64,000 nucleotides of DNA from an uncultured delta proteobacterium (GCA_963826785.1 CAWGYD010000001.1:544001-608000); one strand, 5' to 3'; counted from the stretch's first letter, positions 29,519 to 39,169 are shown. Notes: generated by a model not told the origin, from the letters alone. Translations and numbers: made by a program.

Positions 29519-30835
29519 ATGAAATTCATCCGGCAATGCGGCGCGGTTTTTGCGGCAGTGGCGCTGCTGGCATTGGCTGCATGGCCATGTTGCGCGGCCG
29601 CAGATGATAACAGCCTGCTTTCCATGGTGGACTGGGGCGGCTATACCCGCCTCAGGGGATCGATGTCTTTCCCCGAAGAGGGCTCGGTGCTCGATCTGCT
29701 CCACCGGGACCGTCTGCATGACGCGGCATTCGAGGGGCGGCTGATTACGAAAATTCAGAAAAACCGGCGTGTGAGCTTTGATGCCCATTACGAAATCGTG
29801 GGCACGGCCGGCGAGACTAACCAGGTGCGGTCCGCACTTGCGGAGCGTTTTCCCGGATATTCGGGATTGCCGCTATTGGCCGGTCCTATCCAGGATGACC
29901 GCCGCCTGATGGATCTCACCCATGTGATCACTTCCGAATCCGACTATCTGCTCTACCATCGCATCGACCGCCTGGTGCTCACCCTGTCGCCGGACTGGGG
30001 CGCCCTTCGCATCGGCCGGCAGGCATTGACCTGGGGAAACGGGTTTTTGTTCAATCCCATGGACCTGTTCAACCCTTTTCCCCCCACCGACGTGGAGCGC
30101 GATTACAAGATCGGGGACGACATGGTCGATGCCCGGGTGTTTACCGGGAGCATCGGAGAACTGGAGATGCTGTACGTGCCCCGGCGGGACCCGGCAGACG
30201 GGGATGTAAAATGGGATCAGTCCTCTCTGGCCGCCAAGTACCATTTTTCCATCGACACCAGCGAGTTTGATCTGATGGCGGCGCGCCACTATGGAAATGA
30301 CGTGGCCGGAGCGGGCATGTCCGGCTATGTAAAAGATGCGGCCTGGCGCATGGATATCACCTGGACCGCGCTTCATGATGACGGGGATGATTCCGGGTTT
30401 TTGAGCTATGTGGCAAACATCGATTACTCCTGGGTATGGTGGGGGAAAAACCTGTACGGGTGGGTCGAATATTATTACACCGGCCTGGGAAACAGCAATT
30501 ATACCGATGCTGTAAAAAACCCGCAGATCACGGAGCGGATCGCCCGGGGGGAGCGCTACGTCCTGGGCCGGTCCTATGCCGACGTTAACCTTCAGCTGGA
30601 AGCCCACCCCCTGTTAAACCTGTATCTCACCATCATCAATAATACCAGGGATCCCTCCGGCGTGCTCCAGCCCCGGATGGTGTACAATCCACTGCAAGAC
30701 CTGCAAATGACCTTCGGCACCAATCTGTACTACGGGGGCTCCGGCACGGAATTCGGCGGATTTGATCTTCCCGGAACGGACCTGGTGCTGGCGCCGGCAA
30801 ATGCGGTGTACTTGTGGACGAGCTACTATTTTTAG
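29519..30835 (+). CDS. Putative outer-membrane beta-barrel protein
   Basis: Signal peptide; RIGRQALTWG; amphipathic strands; C-terminal YLWTSYYF. Confidence 0.65.
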   Translation: MKFIRQCGAVFAAVALLALAAWPCCAAADDNSLLSMVDWGGYTRLRGSMSFPEEGSVLDLLHRDRLHDAAFEGRLITKIQKNRRVSFDAHYEIVGTAGETNQVRSALAERFPGYSGLPLLAGPIQDDRRLMDLTHVITSESDYLLYHRIDRLVLTLSPDWGALRIGRQALTWGNGFLFNPMDLFNPFPPTDVERDYKIGDDMVDARVFTGSIGELEMLYVPRRDPADGDVKWDQSSLAAKYHFSIDTSEFDLMAARHYGNDVAGAGMSGYVKDAAWRMDITWTALHDDGDDSGFLSYVANIDYSWVWWGKNLYGWVEYYYTGLGNSNYTDAVKNPQITERIARGERYVLGRSYADVNLQLEAHPLLNLYLTIINNTRDPSGVLQPRMVYNPLQDLQMTFGTNLYYGGSGTEFGGFDLPGTDLVLAPANAVYLWTSYYF

Positions 30836-30894
30836 CAGAGGGGGGAAGGGTGTTTGCGTCAATGGAGCTTGGCAGTTGCCGATCGGCCGTGTGC

Positions 30895-30926
30895 AACACC
30901 CCCCTGGCCCCCCTGAAGGGGGGAAT
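30895..30926. repeat. C/G-run REP-like repeat, copy 1
   Basis: AACACCCCCCTGGCCCCCCTGAAGGGGGGAAT; near-identical inverted copy at 37464-37496. Confidence 0.75.
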
Positions 30927-31017
30927 TTCTATCAAAGTGGGGGGAAAGCGGCTGATGGGAAAGCGCAGGAAATTTTAGACCGCAGGTGGGGCGGACGCCC
31001 TTTTTCTTCAGCTGCTT

Positions 31018-31485
31018 TCAGTCGCTGCGGTTGTCTTTTCTGATCCGATCCATCTCCCGCTTCATTTCCCGGCCCTTGATGGCCTCGCGCTTGTCATAGA
31101 GACGCTTTCCCCGGGCCAGGGCAATGGAGATCTTGGCTTTGCCCTCCTTGAAATAGACCTTTAACGGGATCAGGGTGAATCCTTTTTCATTGGTCTTGCC
31201 ATAGAGGCGCTTGAGCTCGGATTTGTGCAGCAGGAGCTTGCGCGGCTGCAGGGGGTCATGGTTGTCAAAATGGGCAAACGCATACGGGCCGATGTGCATC
31301 TGGTAGACGTAGAGTTCGCCATTGACGAATTTCGCGTAGGCATCCTTGAGGTGCGCCCTGCCGTTTCGCAGGGATTTCACCTCGGTCCCCTTGAGCACCA
31401 TGCCCGCCTCGACTTCGTCCACGATGAAGTATTCGTGGCGGGCCTTGCGGTTGTCGGTGACCATTTTGATATGTTCATTGCCCAT
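31018..31485 (-). CDS. smpB: SsrA-binding protein
   Basis: NRKARHEY, EAGMVLKGTEVKSLR, RKLLLHKSE, GKRLYDKRE. Confidence 0.97.
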   Translation of the reverse strand: MGNEHIKMVTDNRKARHEYFIVDEVEAGMVLKGTEVKSLRNGRAHLKDAYAKFVNGELYVYQMHIGPYAFAHFDNHDPLQPRKLLLHKSELKRLYGKTNEKGFTLIPLKVYFKEGKAKISIALARGKRLYDKREAIKGREMKREMDRIRKDNRSD

Positions 31486-31489
31486 GGGG

Positions 31490-33265
31490 CTAATCCTGTT
31501 TGAAATTGCGGTTCAGGAGCGAACCGTAGCGGTCGTTGATGAGCTCGATGATGGATTCGGTGGTGGACAGCTTAAGGGCCTGCCGGACCAGGGATTCGGA
31601 TTCATCCACCCGGATCTTGCGGATCATGTCCTTGATGCCCGGAATCGACTGGGGCGCCATGCTCAGTTCATCGATGCCCAGGCCGATGAGTATGGGCAGG
31701 TTGATCGGCTCCGATGCCATTTCGCCGCACATGAACGTCTTGATCTTTTTTTCCCGGCCGGCATCCACCACGTGCCGGATCATCCGGATCACCGCGGGAT
31801 GAAGCGGATTGTAAAGATAGGCCACATGGCGGTTGACCCGGTCGATGGCCAGGGTGTACTGGACCAGGTCGTTGGTCCCGATACTGAAAAAATCGACCAG
31901 TTCGGCCATTTCCCCGGCCATGATCACCGCCGAAGGGACTTCGATCATGATGCCGATCTGAACGTCCTGCCCGCATTCCAGACCCTCCCGGCGTAAGCCT
32001 GCGCGGCCTCGGCGATGATTTTTTTTGTCTGGTGGATCTCCTCGCATCCCGAGATCATGGGCAGCAGCATCCGGACCGGATCCATGGGCCGCCGCTCTGA
32101 GGATGGCCCGGATCTGGGTCGTAAATATTTCGGGCTTTCTCAGGCAGAAGCGGATCGCGCGGAGGCCCAGGGCCGGATTGGCTTCCTCCGGGGTGGGAAC
32201 GGCCGAAATTTCCTTGTCGCCGTTGATATCCAGGGTCCGGATGGTCACCGGGTGGGGCGCCATCAGTTCCACCACCTCCCGGTAATGATTGAACAGCTCC
32301 TGTTCGTCGGGGAAACTGGTCCGTCCCATGTACTGAAACTCGGTTCGAAACAGGCCGATGCCGTCCCCGCCGTGATCCCTGACCGCCACGATTTCTTCGG
32401 GCCGCTCGATATTGCCCATCACCTGAAACAGCCGCCCGTCCGCGCTGGTGGCCGGGTAGAACCCGATCCTGAGTATATCCGCTTTGTGGGCCTCGTAGCG
32501 TTTTCCAAGATCGCTGTACTTGATGAGCGTTTCGTCCTCCGGGTTGATGATGACGATGCCCGCGGTGCCGTCGACGATGATGATGTCGCCGTTGCCGATC
32601 ATCCGGGTGGCGCTGTCAAGGCCCAGTACCGCCGGGATCTCCAGGGTGCGGGCGATGATGCTGGTGTGGGAGGCCACCCCGCCCCGGTCGGTGATGAACC
32701 CCATGATCTTTTCCAGTTGGATCTGGCTGGTTTCGGCCGGCGACAGGCTGTGCGCCACCAGGATGACCCGCTTGTCGATATTGGAGATGTTGATGTCCTT
32801 GAACCCGGTGAGATTGCACATGATGCGGTCCGATACGTGCTCGATATCGGCCGAGCGGCTCCTCAGATAGGGATCGGCGATGTTGTTGAAAATGGATTTG
32901 GCCTGGAAAGTCGCCTCCTTGAGCGCCCATTCCGCATTCACCCGCTCCGTTTTGATGATATTGATGGTCTTTTCATAGAGCATCTTATCCTTGTGAAGCA
33001 GCATGTGCGTCTCGAGGATGGATGCCTGCTGGCGGAGGTCTTCGGGCAGATCGGCGATGATCTGTGCCAGTTCGCTTTTGGCCTTGCAGACCGCCTGCTT
33101 GAAGCGGTTGACCTCTTTGGTGGCCTGATCTTTGGGGATGTGATATTTTTCAATGACATCGACGCCTTCCTTGTCCACCAGGTAGGCCCTGCCGATGCAT
33201 ATGCCGGGGGATCCGCTGATTCCCTTCAAGATCATTTCACTGGTTTCGGCTGAAGCCATCAGCAT
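31490..33265 (-). CDS. ptsI: PTS enzyme I, with a compensated frameshift pair at ~32082 and ~31998
   Basis: GGVASHTSIIAR (phospho-His), GIGLFRTEF, EEANPALGLRAIR, MIEVPSA, SIGTNDLVQY, MCGEMA. The conserved VRMLLPMI segment lies in another frame. Confidence 0.93.
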   Translation of the reverse strand: MLMASAETSEMILKGISGSPGICIGRAYLVDKEGVDVIEKYHIPKDQATKEVNRFKQAVCKAKSELAQIIADLPEDLRQQASILETHMLLHKDKMLYEKTINIIKTERVNAEWALKEATFQAKSIFNNIADPYLRSRSADIEHVSDRIMCNLTGFKDINISNIDKRVILVAHSLSPAETSQIQLEKIMGFITDRGGVASHTSIIARTLEIPAVLGLDSATRMIGNGDIIIVDGTAGIVIINPEDETLIKYSDLGKRYEAHKADILRIGFYPATSADGRLFQVMGNIERPEEIVAVRDHGGDGIGLFRTEFQYMGRTSFPDEQELFNHYREVVELMAPHPVTIRTLDINGDKEISAVPTPEEANPALGLRAIRFCLRKPEIFTTQIRAILRAAAHGSGPDAAAHDLGMRGDPPDKKNHRRGRAGLRREGLECGQDVQIGIMIEVPSAVIMAGEMAELVDFFSIGTNDLVQYTLAIDRVNRHVAYLYNPLHPAVIRMIRHVVDAGREKKIKTFMCGEMASEPINLPILIGLGIDELSMAPQSIPGIKDMIRKIRVDESESLVRQALKLSTTESIIELINDRYGSLLNRNFKQD

Positions 33266-33266
33266 C

Positions 33267-33548
33267 TCACTCCCCGAATCCTCTTTCAAATAAATCGATG
33301 ATGTCATCTAAAATATCCATATCCGCGGGATCGTCAATCTGCAGGGTCACCTGCGTGCCCTTCAGGCAGGCAGTGGACAAAATATCGATAATGCTGGAGG
33401 CGTCCACCCGCTGATCGTCATTGATCAGCCAGATATTGGATTTCGCTTTCAGTGCCCGCTCGGCGATCATCGCTGCGGGCCGGGCGTGGAGGCCCAATTC
33501 ATTGATCACGATGGCGTTTCTGGTCAATCTTTTATCTAACCCATCCAT
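33267..33548 (-). CDS. ptsH: HPr phosphocarrier
   Basis: INELGLHARPA (His15), VDASSIIDIL (Ser46 region), FERGFGE. Confidence 0.9.
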   Translation of the reverse strand: MDGLDKRLTRNAIVINELGLHARPAAMIAERALKAKSNIWLINDDQRVDASSIIDILSTACLKGTQVTLQIDDPADMDILDDIIDLFERGFGE

Positions 33549-33733
33549 TTTAAAAGATATAGTTTTGTATAAAACTTTAAAAAAGTAACACGTTGGGCCC
33601 AAATTTGTCAAACTAAATCATTGACAACCCGAGGGGTGACTGCTATTTACGAAAAAATCATTTCTTTTACAACCTGCTGATTTTATATTTAGAAACTTTT
33701 TATAAATCGGGTAATTCGCCTAAGATGCCGATC

Positions 33734-33961
33734 ATGACGCAAAAAGTCCACATATTCGGTAAAATGACCTGACCTTTCACCCGGGCGGCCCGTGAGGCCT
33801 ACTCCAAGCGTGGGATTGAGTGCGAATTTGTCGACGTGCTGGCCAGCGCCGAAAACCTGGCGCAGATGCTGGCCTGTTCCGGCGGTCAGCGCAAGATTCC
33901 GGTGATTGTCGATGGCGATGAGGTGATCATCGGGTTCAACGGCCGGGGGTGACGGGTCTGA
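33734..33961 (+). CDS. Glutaredoxin-like putative selenoprotein with two in-frame UGA codons (UPFT and C-terminal URV*)
   Basis: MTQKVHIFGKMT-U-PFTRAAREAYSKRGIECEFVDVLASAENLAQMLACSGGQRKIPVIVDGDEVIIGFNGRG-U-RV*. TGA at 33770 and 33950, each followed by a hairpin; TGA TAG at 33959-33964. Confidence 0.82.
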
Positions 33962-34046
33962 TAGACCGGCGGTCCGCCGGTCGCGCATTTGACTGCCGAT
34001 CCCTGCATTTGATGACATATTTTCTCTGATACAGGAAAAAGCAATT

Positions 34047-34703
34047 ATGGAAAGACAATACATCATCGACGAAATGGGGCTGAGCGAGTCCTGGCGGCTG
34101 TTTAAAATCATGGGCGAATTTGTCGACGGGGTCGAGGCCCTGCACGAACTCGGCCCGGCAGTGAGCATCTTCGGTTCCGCCCGGGTGCCCAAAGAACATC
34201 CGTATTATAAAAAGACGGAGGAAATCGCCGGGATGCTGGCGGAAAACGGGCTGGCCGTGATTACCGGCGGGGGCGGCGGCATCATGGAGGCGGCGAACAA
34301 GGGGGCCGCGGAAAAAGGGGGCAAATCGGTGGGGCTGAACATCGTTTTGCCCATGGAGCAGAAACCCAACCCCTATGCCAATATCGGGCTGCAGTTCAAT
34401 TATTTCTTCGTGCGCAAGGTCATGTTCGTCAAGTATGCGGTTGCCTACATCATCATGCCGGGCGGAATCGGGACATTGGATGAACTCTTCGAGGCCGTCA
34501 CCCTGATTCAGACCCACCGGATCAAACCCCTTCCCGTGATCCTCTATGATACGGAATACTGGTCCGGGCTGATCAAGTGGATCAAGGCCCGGCTGCTTGA
34601 AAATAAGATGATCTCCGCAGATGACCTGGACATCATCACCATGACCGATGATCCGCAGAAAATTTTAAAAATCGTCAAGAGCGCCGCCCGTCTGACGGCC
34701 TGA
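34047..34703 (+). CDS. LOG-family (TIGR00730) nucleotide phosphoribohydrolase
   Basis: SIFGSAR, ITGGGGGIMEAANKGA, YFFVRKVMF, PGGIGTLDE. Confidence 0.92.
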   Translation: MERQYIIDEMGLSESWRLFKIMGEFVDGVEALHELGPAVSIFGSARVPKEHPYYKKTEEIAGMLAENGLAVITGGGGGIMEAANKGAAEKGGKSVGLNIVLPMEQKPNPYANIGLQFNYFFVRKVMFVKYAVAYIIMPGGIGTLDELFEAVTLIQTHRIKPLPVILYDTEYWSGLIKWIKARLLENKMISADDLDIITMTDDPQKILKIVKSAARLTA

Positions 34704-34717
34704 CCGGTGCTGATGAT

Positions 34718-35890
34718 ATGAACACGAGCCACCGCATTTTCTTTGGCAATGCCGAAAACATGTCGCCCCTTCCTCCAGAAAGCGTGGACCTGGTGGTGAC
34801 GTCTCCGCCTTATCCCATGATCGAAATGTGGGATAGCGCATTTGCCGCCCTTGATCCGGAGATCGGAAAAGCCCTGTCCGGCTCAGACGGCAATCTCGCT
34901 TTCGAACTGATGCACCGGAAACTCGACCGGGTATGGGATGAAGTGCATCGGGTGCTGCGGCCAGGCGGGTTTGCCTGCATCAACATCGGGGATGCGGTGC
35001 GCACCATCAACGGCAACTTCGTCCTGTATCCGAATCACAGCCGGATTCTGTCGTACTTTTATCCGGAAAAAATGACGCCCCTGCCGCCGGTCATCTGGCG
35101 AAAGCAGACCAATGCCCCCAACAAGTTCATGGGGTCGGGCATGCTCCCGGCCGGCGCTTATGTAACGCTGGAGCATGAATTTATCCTGGTCCTGAGAAAA
35201 GGCGGGAAGCGGACATTTGACTCGGACGAGCAAAAACAGGCCCGCCGGGAGAGCGCCCTGTTCTGGGAGGAGCGCAATACCTGGTTTTCGGATGTGTGGA
35301 TGGATCTCAAGGGGACGCGCCAGGCCCTTTCGGATAAAAGCGCCCGGCAACGCAGCGCAGCCTTCCCCTTCGAACTTCCTTTCCGTCTCATCAACATGTA
35401 TTCGGTCAAGGGCGATACGGTGCTCGATCCCTTCCTGGGAACGGGAACTACGTTGTTTGCGGCCATGGCATCGGGCCGAAACAGCGTGGGCATGGAGATC
35501 GATCCTTCCCTGTTTGAATGCATCTCGGACAAGATGGAGGCGGTGGTCGATTTTTCAAATGATTACATCCGGCAGCGAATGGAAGCCCACCTTGCTTTTG
35601 TCAAAGATCGTCTGGCCCAGGACAAAACCATCAAGCATGTGAATCGCCGATGCGGTTTTCCGGTGGTCACCAACCAGGAAAAGGAACTGGCCTTCGATTA
35701 CCTTACCGGTGTCCGCAAGAGTGCCGATTTTTCATTTGAAGTGAGTTATACCCCCTGTGACGAAAGAAATCCGGCCCTTGTCCCCGCAAGCGCCGGGCCG
35801 CACAAAGAAAAAGCGGACACACCGACCCAGCAGCTTCTATTTGAGGATGCCCCCGAATCCCCCAAAAGAAAAAAACGGGTAAAATCATAA
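34718..35890 (+). CDS. Site-specific DNA methyltransferase, beta class (probably N4-cytosine)
   Basis: Motif IV VTSPPY precedes motif I VLDPFLGTGTT. Confidence 0.88.
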   Translation: MNTSHRIFFGNAENMSPLPPESVDLVVTSPPYPMIEMWDSAFAALDPEIGKALSGSDGNLAFELMHRKLDRVWDEVHRVLRPGGFACINIGDAVRTINGNFVLYPNHSRILSYFYPEKMTPLPPVIWRKQTNAPNKFMGSGMLPAGAYVTLEHEFILVLRKGGKRTFDSDEQKQARRESALFWEERNTWFSDVWMDLKGTRQALSDKSARQRSAAFPFELPFRLINMYSVKGDTVLDPFLGTGTTLFAAMASGRNSVGMEIDPSLFECISDKMEAVVDFSNDYIRQRMEAHLAFVKDRLAQDKTIKHVNRRCGFPVVTNQEKELAFDYLTGVRKSADFSFEVSYTPCDERNPALVPASAGPHKEKADTPTQQLLFEDAPESPKRKKRVKS

Positions 35891-35912
35891 TCATGAATCG
35901 GACGAGGCTGTT

Positions 35913-37217
35913 GTGAATATCGTTTTTTTCATGATCGTCGCCATTGCCTTTGGTTTTGCCGGGTGGCGCCAGTTGATGTGGGTGCCGGGAAGCACGGATA
36001 TCGCCCCCATCCAGGCGCTTTCCACGGCCATGATCGATTCTGCGACCGGGGCGGTGGAACTGGCCATCGGCTTGATCGGGGTGATGACGCTGTTTCTGGG
36101 GCTGATGAAAATCGCCGAGGAAGGGGGGCTGCTCAAGGTCATTTCCCGGCTGATCCGGCCGCTGATGGTGCGCCTGTTTCCGGAAGTGCCGGCGGATCAT
36201 CCGGCCATGGGGGCCATGATCTTAAACCTTTCCGCAAATGCCCTGGGGCTGGGCAATGCCGCCACACCCTTCGGCATCCGGGCCATGCAGGAACTCGATC
36301 GCTTAAACGCGCAGAAAGGGACCGCCACCAATGCCATGGCCTTGTTTCTGGCCATCAACACCTCAAGCGTCACCCTGCTGCCCACCGGTGTGATCGCCCT
36401 GCGTGCGGCGGCCGGGTCGGGAGACCCGGCGGGAATCCTGCCCACCACCCTTTTTGCCACCATCGGGTCCACCCTTATCGGCATCTTCGCCGCCAAGCTG
36501 TACCAGCGTTTTTCCACCCCGAATCCGCCGCTTAAAAAGGGCGAAATGGCTGAAATGGATGATGCCGGGGAAGAAAAGGCCCATAACCCTTCGGAAATGG
36601 CCGAAGACGCGGATACGGCATACCCCATGTGGGTCAGTGTGGCGGCTATCTGCGCCCTGGTGGCCCTGATTCCCGCCACCATCATCTATGGTGATGCCGT
36701 CTCGCCGTGGATCATCCCTTCGTTGATGATGGGATTTCTCCTTTACGGCGTCATCCGCCGGGTCCGAATTTACGAGGTATTTGTGGACGGCGCCAGGGAA
36801 GGCTTCCAGGTGGCGGTAAAGATCATCCCTTTTCTGGTGGCCATTCTGGTGGCCGTGGGCATGTTCCGGGCCAGCGGCGCCCTGGACGTGATGGTCGGCG
36901 CGCTGGGGCATTTCACGGGCCGGATCGGGCTCCCGGCTGAAGCGCTTCCCATGGCCCTGCTGCGGCCCCTGTCCGGGTCCGGGGCCTACGGCATCCTGGC
37001 CTCCATCATCAACGACCCCGCCGTCGGGCCGGACAGCTACACCGGGTACCTGGTCAGCACCCTGCAGGGGTCGACTGAAACCACCTTCTATGTGCTGGCG
37101 GTCTATTTCGGGGCGGTGCAGGTCCGCCGGGTCCGCCACACCCTGGCCGCCGCCCTCACCGCCGATGTCGCCGGAGTGATTCTGGCCATCATTGCCTGCA
37201 CCTTCTTTCTGATGTAG
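35913..37217 (+). CDS. Fused SpmA/SpmB (Gate/nucleoside-recognition) membrane protein
   Basis: ANALGLGNAATPFG, LAINTSSVTL, LRPLSGSG, GSTETTFYVLAVYFG. Confidence 0.88.
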   Translation: MNIVFFMIVAIAFGFAGWRQLMWVPGSTDIAPIQALSTAMIDSATGAVELAIGLIGVMTLFLGLMKIAEEGGLLKVISRLIRPLMVRLFPEVPADHPAMGAMILNLSANALGLGNAATPFGIRAMQELDRLNAQKGTATNAMALFLAINTSSVTLLPTGVIALRAAAGSGDPAGILPTTLFATIGSTLIGIFAAKLYQRFSTPNPPLKKGEMAEMDDAGEEKAHNPSEMAEDADTAYPMWVSVAAICALVALIPATIIYGDAVSPWIIPSLMMGFLLYGVIRRVRIYEVFVDGAREGFQVAVKIIPFLVAILVAVGMFRASGALDVMVGALGHFTGRIGLPAEALPMALLRPLSGSGAYGILASIINDPAVGPDSYTGYLVSTLQGSTETTFYVLAVYFGAVQVRRVRHTLAAALTADVAGVILAIIACTFFLM

Positions 37218-37358
37218 CCGTTCAGAAACGGCATCTTTTGCCCCAGGACCGCGTTCTCGCAATTTTGAAATCCTCGACGTAGCGCCGCTACGCCTCCGGT
37301 TTCAAAATTGCTGCGGCCTTGTCCTGAGCCAAAATCTACCCTTTCTGAACGGCTACAT
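37212..37358. repeat. 147-bp palindromic MITE-like element with 17-bp perfect terminal IRs
   Basis: atgtagccgttcagaaa / tttctgaacggctacat; inner gcaattttgaaa / tttcaaaattgc and cgtagcg-c-cgctacg. Confidence 0.85.
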
Positions 37359-37401
37359 TCCAGAATCTATTTTCACGAGGGTTGCGTTTTCGCCAATTTT
37401 A

Positions 37402-37496
37402 AATTCCCCCCCTCAAAGGGGAACTGAAATTGATTCCGACCCCTGGATGCGCCTCCCTTTTTTATTCCCCCCTTGAGGGGGGCGCAGGGGGGTGTT
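37402..37496. repeat. C/G-run REP-like repeats, copies 2-3
   Basis: aattccccccctcaaaggggaac and attccccccttgaggggggcgcaggggggtgtt. Confidence 0.7.
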
Positions 37497-37634
37497 GGGC
37501 CGCACCTCAGAAATTTTTCACCCCATCATCTTAAATCTTCAAACACCGTCACGGGGCTAAGATCAGTACTTCGATTCGAACCCATGGTTTGAATTTCGGG
37601 CTGTGCAGGAAAGTCACCTCTAAGCGACGTCGGA

Positions 37635-38117
37635 CTACTCCCAGTGGTCGTCTTTCTTTTCGAGTTCGATGGTGCCGGAATCTTTTTTCCCAGGGGTAGG
37701 GGTGCTGATGTCGGAGAAAAAACGGGTCAGCAGCCAGTTGGTGATGCTGATGATGATGGAACCGAAAATTGCGGACCAGAACCCGACGACGGAAAAGCCG
37801 GGGATCAGGCCGGATGCCATTTTCAGCACCAGGGCGTTGATGACAAAGGCAAACAGGCCGAAGGTGAGCAGCGTAAGGGGGAGGGTGAGGATGAACAGAA
37901 CCGGTTTGACCAGCAGGTTGAGGACGCCGATGGCGCCGGCGCCGAAAAAGGCGCTTGCAAAACCGCTGATCCGGATGCCGTCGATGAGTGCATCGGCCAC
38001 GAACACGGCGGCGGTGAGGATCAGCCATTTGATGATCAGCATGTTTCCCAGGGAGCGGGGCGGGCCGCCCGGGCCGCCTGCGCCGTACTGTGAATATTTA
38101 CGAAATTGAATCTGCAT
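37635..38117 (-). CDS. YvlD/DUF360 (phage-holin-4 family) membrane protein; start uncertain
   Basis: VLNLLVKPVLFILTLPLTLLTFGLFAFVINA, GFWSAIFGSIII. Confidence 0.85.
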   Translation of the reverse strand: MQIQFRKYSQYGAGGPGGPPRSLGNMLIIKWLILTAAVFVADALIDGIRISGFASAFFGAGAIGVLNLLVKPVLFILTLPLTLLTFGLFAFVINALVLKMASGLIPGFSVVGFWSAIFGSIIISITNWLLTRFFSDISTPTPGKKDSGTIELEKKDDHWE

Positions 38118-38445
38118 GAAAGGATTCTCCATCAATGGTGATCATCAGCCGGTGGTGCGCTTCGCCCGAAGACAGGATCACATGCGCGTTCGAATGGCCC
38201 GACAGCGCCGGATAACGGGAGCGAAGACGCGCAAAGTCGAGCGTTTCCAGGGCATGATGGTAAAAATCGATCTGTTCTTCAAGCCTTTTTTTCGCGCTCG
38301 GCCCGCTTTCCTTGAAGTATGCGCTGAGTGCGCGATTGTAAAGGCGCCTGATCTCGGTTTCAATACAGTGATGATCTAAACATAATACCTTGTTCACCGG
38401 TATCAAAGTCCCTCTGTTTTTTACGAAACCCGGCGGCTTAGACAA
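38098..38445 (-). CDS. Hypothetical protein
   Basis: 115-aa ORF filling the gap, co-oriented with the downstream gene. Confidence 0.6.
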   Translation of the reverse strand: MSKPPGFVKNRGTLIPVNKVLCLDHHCIETEIRRLYNRALSAYFKESGPSAKKRLEEQIDFYHHALETLDFARLRSRYPALSGHSNAHVILSSGEAHHRLMITIDGESFHADSIS

Positions 38446-38623
38446 ACAGGTCCGCCGGGATTATTTTTATTGACAAATTTGCGGGTTCAAATTAAAAAAA
38501 ATCCCTTGCTGCTGCTATCGGCAATTCCGCCGGAATTATCAAGCAAACCATTAATTTACAATTCACCTGCCGTCAATCTCCCAACGGCTGCGCCAAAAAT
38601 CTCATTTCACCGGAGAATACAGC

Positions 38624-39169
38624 ATGTATGTACCACGATATATCTTTTTTACCAAGGGGGTCGGGATTGACAAGGCCCAGCTGGCGTCTTTTGAAAATGC
38701 CCTGCGGGTGGCGGGGATCGCCCACCTGAACCTGGTCCAGGTCTCCTCGATTTTTCCGCCGGGATGCAAAATCATCGAAAAGGACCAGGGCCTGTCCAAG
38801 CTGGAGCCGGGCGAAATTACCCACTGCGTCATGGCCAAGGAGCAGAGCCGGGAACCCGGCCGCCGCATCGTGGCCAGCATCGGCCTGGCCATTCCCGAGG
38901 GGCATGAGCGCTACGGATATCTTTCCGAACATCACGGATTCGGGCAGACGGAAATGGAAGCCGGCGAATACGCCGAAGATCTGGCGGCATCCATGCTGGC
39001 CACCACCCTGGGTATCGAATTTGACCCGGACAAGGATTATGACGAGCGGCGCGATATCTATAAAATGTCCGGAAAAATCATTCAGTCCAAACACACCAGC
39101 CAGGCCGCGCTGGGCGCCGAGGGCAATCTCTGGACCACAGTGATCTCGGCGGCCATATTCGTAAAATAA
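38624..39169 (+). CDS. pdaD: Pyruvoyl-dependent arginine decarboxylase
   Basis: [25 protein letters not shown] (Ser-Ser autocleavage site), GYLSEHH. Confidence 0.92.
   Translation: MYVPRYIFFTKGVGIDKAQLASFENALRVAGIAHLNLVQVSSIFPPGCKIIEKDQGLSKLEPGEITHCVMAKEQSREPGRRIVASIGLAIPEGHERYGYLSEHHGFGQTEMEAGEYAEDLAASMLATTLGIEFDPDKDYDERRDIYKMSGKIIQSKHTSQAALGAEGNLWTTVISAAIFVK

Noticed and set aside
37635..38117. Prophage suggested by a 'phage holin family' gene
   Set aside because: YvlD-type genes are common chromosomal genes, and no phage genes flank it.
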